A stretch of 64,000 nucleotides of DNA, from positions 146,998 through 210,997 of the forward strand of contig CAYOQS010000002.1 of NCBI GenBank assembly GCA_964406185.1. Reading direction: 5' to 3'. Under the pieces are notes generated by a model. That model did not search any database and had not been told where the DNA came from. It worked only from the letters and a program-made list of their open reading frames with translations. The stretch is from an uncultured Methanosarcinales archaeon. GTDB taxonomy: Archaea > Nanobdellota > Nanobdellia > Woesearchaeales > UBA11576. This document shows, in pieces, positions 54,171-64,000 of the stretch (positions are counted from its first letter, which is position 1; each line of letters starts with the position of its first letter). The translations under genes and the position numbers were made by a program.

Positions 54171-56378
54171 ATGGTGGTGAAGAAGACCGGCTCGAGAAGC
54201 CTCGGGATGTTTGTAGGTGTGTTCGTCCCGACTTTCCTTACCATCATGGGTGTTATACTTTTCCTGCGCCTTGGTTTTATCGTGGGCGCTGGCGGTGTCC
54301 TTCCTGCTCTTCTCATAATATTTCTCGCGACTTCTGTCACTATCGCAACAGGCCTCTCGCTGAGTTCGATCACGACCAATATCAAGATAGGTGCGGGCGG
54401 TGTTTATTCTATCGTCTCAAAGACTTTGGGTATGGAGATCGGCGGCAGTGTCGGCATCCCTCTTTTCCTGGCGCAGGTCTTCTCTGTGGCGCTTTACCTG
54501 TTCGGTTTCACCGAGGTGTGGCGGTACATTTTCCCTGACCATCCTAAGATACTGGTGGTCGCGGGCGCGTTCATCCTGATACTTCTCCTGACTTACACGA
54601 GCACCAAGTGGGCGCTTAAGGCGCAGATTTTCGTGTTCGCCATCCTTGTCGCGTCGATAATATCTGTCTTTGCTGGCGGCGGCTGGTGGACTTCTTCCAT
54701 GCAGATACCGCTTATAGGCTCTTTTGAGGGTACTGATTTCTGGAAGCTTTTCGCATTGTTCTTTCCTGCCGTGACAGGTCTTATGGCGGGTATAGGCATG
54801 TCGGGTGAGCTTACAAATCCCAAGAAGCAGATCCCGCGCGGTGTGCTGACAGCTCTTGGCGTTACGACTGTGGTGTACATGGTCATGGTGTTCTGGTTTG
54901 CCTTCAGCACATCTCCCGGCACTCTGTTGGGCAACAACCTGGCTATCGTCGAGCTTGCGGCATTCAGTCCCCTGGTGCTTGCAGGCATACTGGCCTCGAC
55001 TTTCTCGAGCGCATTGACCACCGCTGTTGCCGCGCCGAGGATAATGCAGGCCATGAGCGACAATTCGCTGCTTCCTTTCAGTGATTTCCTTGCTAGGAAG
55101 ACCAAAAGAGGTGAGCCGAAGCACGCGATAATGGTCACTGCTTTCCTTTTGGCCATTGTCCTTCTCAGCGGCGGTATAGATGCTGTCGCGCCTGTCCTGA
55201 CCATGATCTTCCTGTGGGCTTACGCTCTGATAAACATGGTAGTGTTCATAGAGCAGTCGATGGGCCTTGTGAGCTACCGGCCGACTTTCCGCATCCCCCG
55301 TTTCGTTCCTTTCTATGGCATGGTCGCTTCGGTGGTGTTTGCATTCTACATTAACCTGATAGCGGGAATCATGGCGTTCAGCCTTCTCGTCCTGACTTAC
55401 CTTTTCCTTGTTCACAGGAACCTTAAGCAGACTGAAGGCACTGTGAGGTCAGGTCTTTTCATCGCGATCTCTGAGTGGGCTGCCAAGAAGGTCATCTCCC
55501 TTGCCGAGTCCAAGGAGCACATCTGGAAGCCTAACTTTCTCCTGCCTGTGATCGACACGAGGAATCTTGAGGGCTCTTTCCCTGTCGTCAAGTCTATAGC
55601 TTATCCTGACGGCACGCTTTCAGTGCTGGGCATGAACCTGAAGAGCAGGAAGCTCTACAAGGGAAGCAAGCTTTCAGAGAAGGAGATGAAGGAGGACCTC
55701 AAGATGATCCCCGGGCTTGTTAAGAAGTTCAGCGGAGAGGGTGTTTTCACGAACTATTCTGAGATCAAGGCGGATGATTTTGACAGCGCGATAAACGTAT
55801 CGCTCCAGGCCGTCCGCGGCCAGGTGTTCCATCCTAACATGATATTTCTCCCTATCCATTCGATGAAGCTGGACGTGAAGGGGATAGGCAAGCTGATCAG
55901 GACAGCGAAGAGGACTGATGCGGGTGTGGTGCTTTTCAATAAGGATCTTGCTCTCGGTCTTGGTTCTGAGGAGGATATCCATGTGTGGATGCCCTCGATA
56001 CTTCCTGAGGATGATGAGGGTTTCCATGATTTCGTGAGGGGCTGCCATTTCGACCTGGCGCTTCTTGTCGCTTATAAGATATACAAAAACTGGGCAGGCA
56101 ATATCCATCTTAGGATGTGCGTTGAGAAGAAGCAGGAGGATGCGGCGAAGGCTTACCTGCGCAAGCTCGTGCAGGAGGCCAGGTTCCCTCCTTCAACTGA
56201 TATCCAGGTCTATACAGATACGCTCAACAGCGCGATGCGCAAGGTGCAGGGCGGCGACATACATATCATGCCTGTCAAGGACCTTTCTGACCTGCGCAGG
56301 GTTATGCGGAGCACTGAGAAGATATCGCGGACTTACCTGTTCGTGATGGACTCCGGCCTGGAGGATGTGCTTGCATGA
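54171..56378 (+). CDS. APC-superfamily cation-chloride-cotransporter-like permease with cytosolic C-terminal domain
   Basis: About 12 TM helices with an amino-acid-permease pattern (FFPAVTGLMAGIGMSGEL). A ~280-aa soluble C-terminal domain as in SLC12-type archaeal homologues. Confidence 0.7.
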   Translation: MVVKKTGSRSLGMFVGVFVPTFLTIMGVILFLRLGFIVGAGGVLPALLIIFLATSVTIATGLSLSSITTNIKIGAGGVYSIVSKTLGMEIGGSVGIPLFLAQVFSVALYLFGFTEVWRYIFPDHPKILVVAGAFILILLLTYTSTKWALKAQIFVFAILVASIISVFAGGGWWTSSMQIPLIGSFEGTDFWKLFALFFPAVTGLMAGIGMSGELTNPKKQIPRGVLTALGVTTVVYMVMVFWFAFSTSPGTLLGNNLAIVELAAFSPLVLAGILASTFSSALTTAVAAPRIMQAMSDNSLLPFSDFLARKTKRGEPKHAIMVTAFLLAIVLLSGGIDAVAPVLTMIFLWAYALINMVVFIEQSMGLVSYRPTFRIPRFVPFYGMVASVVFAFYINLIAGIMAFSLLVLTYLFLVHRNLKQTEGTVRSGLFIAISEWAAKKVISLAESKEHIWKPNFLLPVIDTRNLEGSFPVVKSIAYPDGTLSVLGMNLKSRKLYKGSKLSEKEMKEDLKMIPGLVKKFSGEGVFTNYSEIKADDFDSAINVSLQAVRGQVFHPNMIFLPIHSMKLDVKGIGKLIRTAKRTDAGVVLFNKDLALGLGSEEDIHVWMPSILPEDDEGFHDFVRGCHFDLALLVAYKIYKNWAGNIHLRMCVEKKQEDAAKAYLRKLVQEARFPPSTDIQVYTDTLNSAMRKVQGGDIHIMPVKDLSDLRRVMRSTEKISRTYLFVMDSGLEDVLA

Positions 56379-58099
56379 GCGGCAGGACCGGGTTCGGGAA
56401 GTTCGCGGATCTCTGCAGCAGGCTTGAGGGCATATCGTCGAACACGAAGTTGCGGGATGAGATTGCCGGTTTCTTCAAGGGTCTTGACAAGAGCTCTGTC
56501 AGGCCCGCGTCTTATTTTCTGCTGGGCAGGATAGGCCCGAAGTATGAGGACATAGATCTTGGGCTGGGCAGCAAGAGCGTGATACCTATCCTGGCAGGAG
56601 CTTTCGACGAGGAAGAGTCGAAGGTGAAGAGTATGTTCTCGAAGGAGGGTGATCTCGGTACGGTGGCCGGCAAGCTTAGCGGCAGGAAGCGCAGCTCTCT
56701 CACTCTCAAGGACGTATATGATGGGCTCTGGAAGGTTAAGTCCGCAGAGGGGAAGGGCAGCAGGAAGAGGAAAGAGGAACTTCTCGCAGGTCTTATATCT
56801 GACGCTTCTGCTGTCGAGGCAAAGTATATAGTCCGCATCGCGCTGTCATCACTCAGGCTGGGTGTCGGTGAGAAGACAGTGATTGACGCTTTCGCGATAG
56901 CTTTCACAGGTGACAAGGATAACAAGGGAAAGATAGAGGACGGCTATGATGTCTGCACAGATATAGGGAAGCTTGGCGAGTCCCTTGCCAGGAACGGTAT
57001 GAAGGGTGTCAGGCGTTTCACCATATCGCTCGGCAGGCCTGTCCAGTCGATGCTGGCGCAGCGCGTGGACGAGGTCTCTGACATACTGGAGAAGCTAAAG
57101 GATGATGATGGGTTCGCTGCTGAGGAGAAGTACGACGGCGAGCGCGTGCAGATACATAAGGACGGCGATGACGTCACTCTTTTTTCGAGGAGGCTTGAGG
57201 ATATCAGCGGGCAGTATCCTGACGTGATAGAATATGCGAAGAAGGCGGTAAAGCCGAAGCAGGTGGTGCTTGACGGCGAGATCGTGGCTTACAGGAAGGG
57301 CAGGTTCCTCTCTTTCCAGAAGCTGATGGAGCGCAGGAGGAAGTACGACGTGGAGAGCTATCGGAAGAAGGTTCCTGTGGTCGTATTTGTATTTGACATC
57401 CTCTACAAAAATGGCAGGTCCCTGCTGAAGAGGCCGTACCCTGAGCGGCGGGAGATGCTCGAGTCTTCCCTGAAGCGCTCCAACAAGATACGCGCCGCAG
57501 GGAGGAAGGTTGCAGAGGATTTCAAGGTGATAAAAAAGTTCTTCAGGGACTGCGTCGACAAGGGTCTTGAGGGCATCATAGTCAAGTCCACAGCGAAGAA
57601 GAGCGTGTACCAGCCGGGCAGCAGGGGCTGGCTATGGATAAAGTGGAAGAAGGAATATGCCGAGGGCATGCAGGAGAGTTTTGACCTTGTCGTCATCGGC
57701 AGCTTCCACGGCAGGGGGAAGCGAAAGGGCGTGTTCGGCGCGCTGCTCTGCGCTGTCTACAACAAGGACAATGATCGTTTCGAGTCTTTCACCAAGGTCG
57801 GTACGGGCTTCACTGATGAGAAGCTGGAGAGCATCAGCAAGGCGCTGAAGAAGCACGCCACGGACGACAAGCCGAAGGATGTTTCCATCAAGAAGCGGAT
57901 GAGGCCTGACAGGTACTACGAGCCGAAGATGGTCGTCGAGGTGATGGGCGCTGAGATCACGCGCAGCCCGTCGCATGCTGCAGGGGAGAAGGGCGGCAAG
58001 GGCCTTGCTTTGCGCTTCCCGCGCTTCACGCGCGTGCGTAAGGACAAGGGACCGCGTGACGCGACTACAGTGAAGGAGGTCAGTTCGCTGAAAAGATGA
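56375..58099 (+). CDS. lig: ATP-dependent DNA ligase
   Basis: Adenylation motif EEKYDGERVQIH (KxDG), LDGEIV, EGIIVK, WIKWK. ATGA overlap with the upstream gene. Confidence 0.9.
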   Translation: MSGRTGFGKFADLCSRLEGISSNTKLRDEIAGFFKGLDKSSVRPASYFLLGRIGPKYEDIDLGLGSKSVIPILAGAFDEEESKVKSMFSKEGDLGTVAGKLSGRKRSSLTLKDVYDGLWKVKSAEGKGSRKRKEELLAGLISDASAVEAKYIVRIALSSLRLGVGEKTVIDAFAIAFTGDKDNKGKIEDGYDVCTDIGKLGESLARNGMKGVRRFTISLGRPVQSMLAQRVDEVSDILEKLKDDDGFAAEEKYDGERVQIHKDGDDVTLFSRRLEDISGQYPDVIEYAKKAVKPKQVVLDGEIVAYRKGRFLSFQKLMERRRKYDVESYRKKVPVVVFVFDILYKNGRSLLKRPYPERREMLESSLKRSNKIRAAGRKVAEDFKVIKKFFRDCVDKGLEGIIVKSTAKKSVYQPGSRGWLWIKWKKEYAEGMQESFDLVVIGSFHGRGKRKGVFGALLCAVYNKDNDRFESFTKVGTGFTDEKLESISKALKKHATDDKPKDVSIKKRMRPDRYYEPKMVVEVMGAEITRSPSHAAGEKGGKGLALRFPRFTRVRKDKGPRDATTVKEVSSLKR

Positions 58100-59832
58100 G
58101 TGCCGGGATCAACAGGGAGCTTGCGAAGATGTTCGGTCAGATGGCCGCGATGCTCGAGATAGAGGAGGTGGAGTGGAAACCCCGCGCTTACAGGGATGCG
58201 GCCAGGGGTGTCAGGGGGCTGAAGCGGAGCGTCGAGGATATCTATGATGATGATGGCAAGAAAGGGCTGAAAGATATATCTGGCGTGGGGGACAGCATAG
58301 CTGACCACATCATCGAGTACATCGAGAAGGGGAAGATCAAGAAGTTTGATCGCCTCCGGAAGAAGTATCCCGAGAAGTTCACGGAGCTGATGGAGCTCGA
58401 GGGTATCGGCCCGAAGAAGCTGAAGAAGCTGTACAAGGAGCTTGACATCGATTCGGAGACCGACCTGAAGAAGGCTGCGAGGAAGCATAAGATACAGGAG
58501 CTTGAGGGTTTCGGCGAGAAGACGGAAGAGGACATCATCGACGCGCTGAAGGCGCACAAGAAGGGCAAGGGCCGCATGCTGCTGAACCAGGCGCTGCCTC
58601 TCGCGGAAGAGATTGTCGGATATCTGAAGGAGGAGACTGACATAGAGAAGATAGATTATGTCGGCTCGTTGAGGAGGATGAAGGAGACCATCGGCGACAT
58701 CGACATTCTTGTCGTGTCGAAGGATAACAAGAAGGTGATGGATGCCTTCACGGGCATGGACGGCGTCAAGCGTGTCGTGTCCAGGGGCTCGACGAGAAGC
58801 TCTGTGGTGCTTGAGGAGGACAGCATCCATGTTGACCTGCGTGTGATCCCGAAGCCGGGCTATGCGGCTGCTTTGATGTACTTCACAGGCAGCAAGCCGC
58901 ACAACATAGCGGTCAGGAAGATCGCGATAAAGAAGGGGTATAAGCTTTCTGAGTACGGCCTTTTCAGGAAGAAGTCTGGCAACAAGATATCCATGACGAG
59001 CGAGAAGTCGCTCTATAAGAAGCTTGGCATGCAGTACGTGCCTCCTGAGCTGAGGGAGGACAGGGACGAGATAGATGCTGCGAAGAAGAAGGCGCTTCCG
59101 TCGCTGGTGGAGCTTGATGACATCAGGGGGGACCTGCAGATGCACACGACTTACAGCGACGGCAATGCGGGTATCAGGGACATGGCGAAGAAGGCTTCTG
59201 ACCTGGGTTATGATTACGTGGCCATAACCGACCATTCAAGATCTTCAAGGGTGGCGAAGGGCATGGATGTTAAGAGGCTGAAGAAGCAGTGGAGCGAGAT
59301 CAGCAAGGCGGCAAGGGGGCGCAAGCTGAAGATATTCCGTGGGGCAGAGGTTGACATACTCAAGGACGGGAAGCTGGACTACCCTGATAAGGTGCTTAAG
59401 GAATCTGACATCATCGTGGCTTCGGTGCATTCCAATTTTAGGCAGTCGAAGAAGAAGATGACTGACAGGATAGTCGGGGCGTTGGAGAATGATTATGTGG
59501 ATATATTGAGCCACCCGACCGGCAGGATCATAGGCAGGCGCAAGCCGATAGGTTTTGATGAGGATAAGGTCTTCCAGGCTGCTGAGGACAATGATGTGGT
59601 GCTTGAGATCAATGCGCATCCTGAACGGCTCGACCTGAATGATGAGATGATACTGAAGGCGAATGAGTTCGGGGTGAAGTTCTCCATAGATACCGATTCG
59701 CATTCCGTCTCCAATCTTGATTTCATGAAGTTCGGCGTGGGCCAGGCCAGGCGCGGCTGGCTTGAGAAGAAGGATGTGGTCAACACTTACACCTACAACA
59801 GGTTGAAGAAGGTTTTCACGAGGCTGGGATGA
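58096..59832 (+). CDS. polX: family X DNA polymerase with C-terminal PHP domain (PolX)
   Basis: HhH motifs (GVGDSIADHI, GIGPKKLKKL), GSLRRMKETIGDIDILV catalytic Asp pair, PHP LQMHTTYSDG ... TDHS. ATGA overlap with the ligase gene. Confidence 0.9.
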   Translation: MSAGINRELAKMFGQMAAMLEIEEVEWKPRAYRDAARGVRGLKRSVEDIYDDDGKKGLKDISGVGDSIADHIIEYIEKGKIKKFDRLRKKYPEKFTELMELEGIGPKKLKKLYKELDIDSETDLKKAARKHKIQELEGFGEKTEEDIIDALKAHKKGKGRMLLNQALPLAEEIVGYLKEETDIEKIDYVGSLRRMKETIGDIDILVVSKDNKKVMDAFTGMDGVKRVVSRGSTRSSVVLEEDSIHVDLRVIPKPGYAAALMYFTGSKPHNIAVRKIAIKKGYKLSEYGLFRKKSGNKISMTSEKSLYKKLGMQYVPPELREDRDEIDAAKKKALPSLVELDDIRGDLQMHTTYSDGNAGIRDMAKKASDLGYDYVAITDHSRSSRVAKGMDVKRLKKQWSEISKAARGRKLKIFRGAEVDILKDGKLDYPDKVLKESDIIVASVHSNFRQSKKKMTDRIVGALENDYVDILSHPTGRIIGRRKPIGFDEDKVFQAAEDNDVVLEINAHPERLDLNDEMILKANEFGVKFSIDTDSHSVSNLDFMKFGVGQARRGWLEKKDVVNTYTYNRLKKVFTRLG

Positions 59833-59833
59833 A

Positions 59834-60832
59834 GTGAACGTGATCATAACACTGTTGGCGCTTGGCATGGTATCCTATCTTTTCACCGTCGCATCCAAGC
59901 GGGTTAAAGTGCCGACAGTCATCGCATGGATAGTCGCGGGCCTGCTCCTGGGCCTTCCGCATGTGGAGGATTTTCTGATAGCTCCCAATACAGAGGTTGT
60001 CTACATACTGGGTGATGTTGGTCTTATAGTGCTGATGTTCCTTGCAGGGCTTGAGAGCTCGTGGCGGCTGATGCTGAAGGAGAAGAAGGACGCTGCATGC
60101 ATAGCTGTCTGCTCTGCTCTTGTCCCTTTCGCCGCCGGCTTCGCGGGCATGGTCCTGTTCGGCTTCTCTGTCGGTGTCGCTGCGATCACAGGCATCTGCA
60201 TGAGCATAACCGCTGAGGCGACGAAGGCGAAGGTACTCCTTGACCTTGACAGGATAAAGACGAAGGTGGGCTCTGCGATGATAGGCGCGGGCATCATCGA
60301 TGATATTCTGGGCCTTTCGATATTTGTGATGATAACTGTTTTCCTGAGAGAGGCGAGCCTTCATGAGGATATCCTTATCGTGGCTGTGATCCTTGCTTTT
60401 TTTGCAGGCATCGTGACCAACCGTTTCGTCGACAAGCGCAGGAGGAAGGTGAAGGTGACTGAGAGTGTGTCGCATCTTTTTATCGTGCCTTTCTTCTTCA
60501 TATCTATGGGGCTTCATTTCGATTTCGCTTCTCTTGTGCTGAGCCCTCATGTTCTTCTGGTGATAATATTCGTGGGGATCGCCGGCAAGCTCGGAGGTGC
60601 TTTTCTCACGCGGCCCATGACCGGTTTTACCTGGCGCCAGCTTTTCATAGTGGGCTGGGGCATGAACAGCAGGGGTGCTGTGGGTCTCGCGCTTGCACTT
60701 ATCGCTTTCAGGACAGAGATAATACCGGTAGATGTCTATTCAAGCCTTGTGGTCATGGCGCTCATCTCGACGTTGATCTTCCCTTTCATCATCACGTCGA
60801 TGGTCAAGAAGGATCCTCGCGTCATGGGCTGA
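59834..60832 (+). CDS. cation:proton antiporter (CPA family)
   Basis: Polytopic. LGDVGLIVLMFLAGLE and GAGIIDDILG are typical of Na+/H+ exchanger-family proteins. GTG start. Confidence 0.7.
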   Translation: MNVIITLLALGMVSYLFTVASKRVKVPTVIAWIVAGLLLGLPHVEDFLIAPNTEVVYILGDVGLIVLMFLAGLESSWRLMLKEKKDAACIAVCSALVPFAAGFAGMVLFGFSVGVAAITGICMSITAEATKAKVLLDLDRIKTKVGSAMIGAGIIDDILGLSIFVMITVFLREASLHEDILIVAVILAFFAGIVTNRFVDKRRRKVKVTESVSHLFIVPFFFISMGLHFDFASLVLSPHVLLVIIFVGIAGKLGGAFLTRPMTGFTWRQLFIVGWGMNSRGAVGLALALIAFRTEIIPVDVYSSLVVMALISTLIFPFIITSMVKKDPRVMG

Positions 60833-60912
60833 CACGGGTTGCACTTTCTCTGCCTTACCACCTTAACAGGTCACCGGAGCGATCCGTGCTTTTTTTGAAT
60901 TGTTTGGCAACA

Positions 60913-60920
60913 TTTATATA
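60913..60920 (+). promoter_or_regulatory. TATA box (TTTATATA)
   Basis: It overlaps the first ATG of the ORF-track call, which argues for the later start at 60986 with SD GAGG. Confidence 0.45.
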
Positions 60921-60985
60921 TGCTGATGTCCCTTGATTCTTTTATCGGGTTGATGCTTTTTTTTGTTTTCAGCCAGAGGTTTTTG

Positions 60986-62665
60986 ATGATGGTCGATTTT
61001 GATTTCAGTTCGTGTGAGATCGCTTATTTCACCATGGAGATAGGCATCAAGAAGGACATGCCGACTTACGCCGGCGGCCTTGGCGTGCTCGGCGGTGATA
61101 CTATGCGCTCCGCTGCTGACCTGGAGCTGCCTTTCATCTGCATCACGCTGGTGCATCGTAAGGGATATTACAGGCAGGAGCTTGTGGACGGCAGCCAGGA
61201 GGACAGGCCGGAGGGCTGGGACCCTTCACAGCATCTTGAGAAGCTTGACGATGTCGTCGAGATTGAGATCGAGGGCAGGAATGTCAGGATCGCCGGCTGG
61301 GTCTATCTTTTTGAGGGCGTGACAGGCCATAAGGTCCCTGTGGTGTTCCTGGATACTGATATGGACGGAAATTCTGATTATGACAGGCAGCTCACGCATC
61401 ATCTTTACGGCAAGGATGACAAGTATAGGCTCGCCCAGGAGATGGTGCTTGGCATAGGGGGAGTGAAGATGCTGGAGTCGCTTAAGTGCGGGATAAGGAA
61501 GTATCATATGAATGAGGGTCATTCCGCCCTGCTCGCTCTCGCCCTGTGCGGCAGGTGCCTTGCTGAGGGGGAGGATGATGTCCTGCAGGCTGTGCGGAAG
61601 AGGTGTGTGTTCACCACCCACACTCCTGTGCCTGCGGGCCATGACAAGTTCCCGAAGGAGCTTGCCCTGAAGATGCTCGGCTCTTACGCGCATGATGAGA
61701 TGCGGGATGTCCTGTTCAGGGATGGTGTGCTGAACATGACTTATGTGGGCCTGGAGCTCAGCGACTGCGTCAACGGGGTGAGCAGGAAGCATACTGAGGT
61801 CTCGACCGAGATGTTCCCGGGTCATAACATCTATTCGATAACTAACGGCGTGCATGCTGTTTTCTGGACTTCAGGGCCTTTCAGGGATCTTTTCGATGAG
61901 TACGTCAGCGTGTGGCGCGTGGACCCTTTTAATCTTAGGACTGTCTTCAGCATTCCTGACAGGAGGATCTGGGACGCGCATCAGGAGTCGAAGAAGGCTC
62001 TTATCGATTTTGTCAACAGCGAGTACGACGCGGGCATGGACGTGGACGCTTTTACCATCGGCTTTGCCAGGCGTGTCGCTCCTTACAAGAGGGCGAACCT
62101 GATCTTTACCGATCCTGAGCGTCTCAAGAGGATTGGTGAGCGTGGTCTGCAGCTCATTTTCTCAGGCAAGCCCCACCCGGGTGACACCAAGGGCAGGGAG
62201 CTTCTCGAGGAGATATTCAGGAATTTCAGGAAGGTTAGTGATGTGATCAGGGTAGTGTATATCGAGGATTATGATATTGACGTCGCGAAGATGATGGTGT
62301 CAGGTGTTGACCTTTGGCTCAACACGCCGATGCGCCCGAAGGAGGCTTCAGGAACTTCAGGCATAAAGGCTGCGTTCAACGGCGTTCCCCAGTTTTCGAT
62401 TCTCGACGGGTGGTGGCTTGAGGGCCATATAGAGGGCGTGACGGGCTGGAGCATAGGGGCTCATCCTGAGAAGAAGGAGAAGAGCGAGCACGAGGAGGAT
62501 GTTGAGGACATGTACAGCAAGCTCCAGGAGGTCATACTTCCCAGGTTCTATGATGGCCGTGATTCCTGGATACAGATGATGAAGATGACTATAGCCGTGA
62601 ACGGCTCTTTCTTCAACAGCCACAGGATGCTGCAGGAGTACGTGCTTAACGCGTACAGCCGTTAG
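60986..62665 (+). CDS. glgP: alpha-glucan (glycogen/maltodextrin) phosphorylase, GT35
   Basis: IAYFTMEIG, GGLGVLGGD, HMNEGH, EASGTSGIKAAFNG (PLP-Lys region). Start moved to MMVDFDF. Confidence 0.85.
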   Translation: MMVDFDFSSCEIAYFTMEIGIKKDMPTYAGGLGVLGGDTMRSAADLELPFICITLVHRKGYYRQELVDGSQEDRPEGWDPSQHLEKLDDVVEIEIEGRNVRIAGWVYLFEGVTGHKVPVVFLDTDMDGNSDYDRQLTHHLYGKDDKYRLAQEMVLGIGGVKMLESLKCGIRKYHMNEGHSALLALALCGRCLAEGEDDVLQAVRKRCVFTTHTPVPAGHDKFPKELALKMLGSYAHDEMRDVLFRDGVLNMTYVGLELSDCVNGVSRKHTEVSTEMFPGHNIYSITNGVHAVFWTSGPFRDLFDEYVSVWRVDPFNLRTVFSIPDRRIWDAHQESKKALIDFVNSEYDAGMDVDAFTIGFARRVAPYKRANLIFTDPERLKRIGERGLQLIFSGKPHPGDTKGRELLEEIFRNFRKVSDVIRVVYIEDYDIDVAKMMVSGVDLWLNTPMRPKEASGTSGIKAAFNGVPQFSILDGWWLEGHIEGVTGWSIGAHPEKKEKSEHEEDVEDMYSKLQEVILPRFYDGRDSWIQMMKMTIAVNGSFFNSHRMLQEYVLNAYSR

Positions 62666-62704
62666 GGTTTGCGCCTTTGCATGCTAATTCATCGAATATT
62701 ATTT

Positions 62705-62836
62705 TCAGTTCTTCTTCTTGGAGTGTTTCTTGGCGAGGTATGCCTTGTAAGCTCTCATCGCTGAGGCTTTTGTCTTGTACATGCACTTTCCGTCTCCTAT
62801 CTTCCACTTCCCGTTGGAGCATTTCCTTACTGGCAT
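62705..62836 (-). CDS. small basic Cys-containing protein (43 aa), not in the ORF track
   Basis: Hand translation gives MPVRKCSNGKWKIGDGKCMYKTKASAMRAYKAYLAKKHSKKKN. SD GGTGA 5 nt upstream. Confidence 0.5.
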   Translation of the reverse strand: MPVRKCSNGKWKIGDGKCMYKTKASAMRAYKAYLAKKHSKKKN

Positions 62837-62861
62837 CTGTTCACCTATGTTCTTATGTTGT

Positions 62862-63104
62862 CTAGAACGGGTTGCCGAAGCCGGTTATGGCGAATATCCC
62901 GTGCAGCAGCACTGATATTATCAGGAAGTACCAGTATATACAGTGGTGCTTGTATATTTTCATGAAAATGTTTGACTTGTTGAGCCTGCTGAGTCCCCAG
63001 TTGTTGAGCAGGCATCTGCAGGATATTATCACCAGCAGCAGGAACAGTATGTTGGTCCATCCGAGTATGTACGTCGCCTTCATGTAGAATATTGGGTCTG
63101 CCAT
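62862..63104 (-). CDS. small two-TM membrane protein
   Basis: 80 aa with two hydrophobic helices. SD GAGGTGA 8 nt upstream. Confidence 0.55.
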   Translation of the reverse strand: MADPIFYMKATYILGWTNILFLLLVIISCRCLLNNWGLSRLNKSNIFMKIYKHHCIYWYFLIISVLLHGIFAITGFGNPF

Positions 63105-63169
63105 TTTTTTTCACCTCTTCAGGTCGATGAGAAGGTCAGGGAGGCAGGAATTGCGGGAATCTCCCCACA

Positions 63170-63502
63170 TCATTCCTTCCCTTCGGTCTTGTTTCCTGCC
63201 TCTTCCCATTCCTTGATGCCGCCTTCGTAGTCGTACACGTTGCTGTATCCCATCTGTTCTAGTTTCTTGGCTGCTTTAGGGCTTGCCTGACAGTCTTTGC
63301 TCGCGCAGTACACGACTATCTTGGCGTCCTTGTCAGGGTATTTCTCTTTTATCTTGTCTTCGAAATCATCGTCGACAGGCACGTTCACCGATCCTGGTAT
63401 GTGTTTCATCTCGAACTGTTCCCTGCCCAGGACGTTGATGAGCTCGAAATCTTCATCATCGTCCATCATCTTCTTCAGGTCTTCTGTCTCTATCGTTTCC
63501 AT
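63170..63502 (-). CDS. rhodanese-like sulfurtransferase domain protein
   Basis: VVYCASKDCQASPKAAKKLEQMGYSNVYDYEGGIKEWE (active-site Cys loop). SD AGGTGA upstream. Confidence 0.85.
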   Translation of the reverse strand: METIETEDLKKMMDDDEDFELINVLGREQFEMKHIPGSVNVPVDDDFEDKIKEKYPDKDAKIVVYCASKDCQASPKAAKKLEQMGYSNVYDYEGGIKEWEEAGNKTEGKE

Positions 63503-63539
63503 TTTGTTTTCACCTCATTTTACTATCCTGCTTTTACTA

Positions 63540-64000
63540 TCATTCTTCTACTATTACGGTGCCCTTCATGTACGGGTGCGGTGTGCAGTGGTAGTCGTAC
63601 GTGCCTGCCTCTTCGAACGTGTGGCTCCATGATTCGTCCTGTGCCAGAATTCCTGAGTCGAACACGTCTTCTTCGTCGGATGTGGCTGTATGCTCTGCTG
63701 TGTCGAGGTTCATCCACGTCACGGTGCCACCTGTTCTTATGGTGACAGTCTCTGGCCTGAATTCAAAAGCTTCTATGTCGATGTCTGCATATACTGCTGT
63801 ATCTCTTGTATCTGACGGGCCGTCTTTCAGTGTGTGGGTGTGCGGGCCTGAGCCTGCGGCTTGTGCCATCTCGGTGTCAAGGTCTATTCTGTGCCTGTGG
63901 CAGTCATCTTCTGCTAGGCAGTGTTCGTCTGTATATTCCCAGTCGTCGCACCAGTCATGGGTATGGTCTGTGGCCTCGCCTGAAGTCCATACGGTCGTGT
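63540..64000 (-). CDS. plastocyanin/halocyanin-type blue copper protein, 5' end probably outside the window
   Basis: Type-1 Cu ligands H...C..H....M (AEHTATS; YHCTPHPYMKG). The frame stays open upstream of M63869 to the window edge, through a His/Asp/Cys-rich stretch, and no SD precedes M63869. Confidence 0.65.
   Translation of the reverse strand, partial: TTVWTSGEATDHTHDWCDDWEYTDEHCLAEDDCHRHRIDLDTEMAQAAGSGPHTHTLKDGPSDTRDTAVYADIDIEAFEFRPETVTIRTGGTVTWMNLDTAEHTATSDEEDVFDSGILAQDESWSHTFEEAGTYDYHCTPHPYMKGTVIVEE

Overview
This is a 64-kb, gene-dense archaeal chromosomal segment. Archaeal markers are TFB, ATP-dependent DNA ligase next to PolX, AMP-phosphorylase-type DeoA, intron-containing tRNAs, and BRE/TATA promoters placed 22-25 nt before many start codons (leaderless mRNAs). 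The giant surface proteins and patchy metabolism suggest a small-genome, DPANN-like lineage, but that is only inference. Product names come from motifs I recognise by eye; no searches were run.

Layout:
- 192-19204: cell-surface island, including a 2807-aa protein with about 23 PKD repeats.
- 19265-24926: housekeeping and transport genes plus a tRNA-Val locus.
- 25112-29214: three unassignable proteins around 1.2 kb of non-coding DNA holding a 198-bp tandem repeat and long hairpins.
- 29712-40859: pyrimidine cluster (pyrE, fused pyrD-pyrK, pyrC, fused pyrB-pyrI, purF-like, pyrF) interrupted by a methyltransferase-kinase fusion and a MATE pump.
- 41847-44448: ogt, a kinase-like ATPase and tfb.
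- 44924-46745: tRNA-Ser locus followed by two toxin-antitoxin cassettes bounded by copies of the tRNA 3' end.
- 46806-64000: redox, transport, repair and glycogen genes.

The most unusual signal is in the RNA genes. tRNA-Ser genes carry two or three insertions at D-loop, 37/38 and T-loop positions. One complete tRNA-Ser lies between the matching 5' and 3' ends of a second Ser-type tRNA. The insertions are built from a small set of recurring mini-hairpins that also occur in intergenic hairpin elements, including a GA-motif hairpin present with and without such an insertion. No CRISPR array, rRNA, transposase or integrase was seen.
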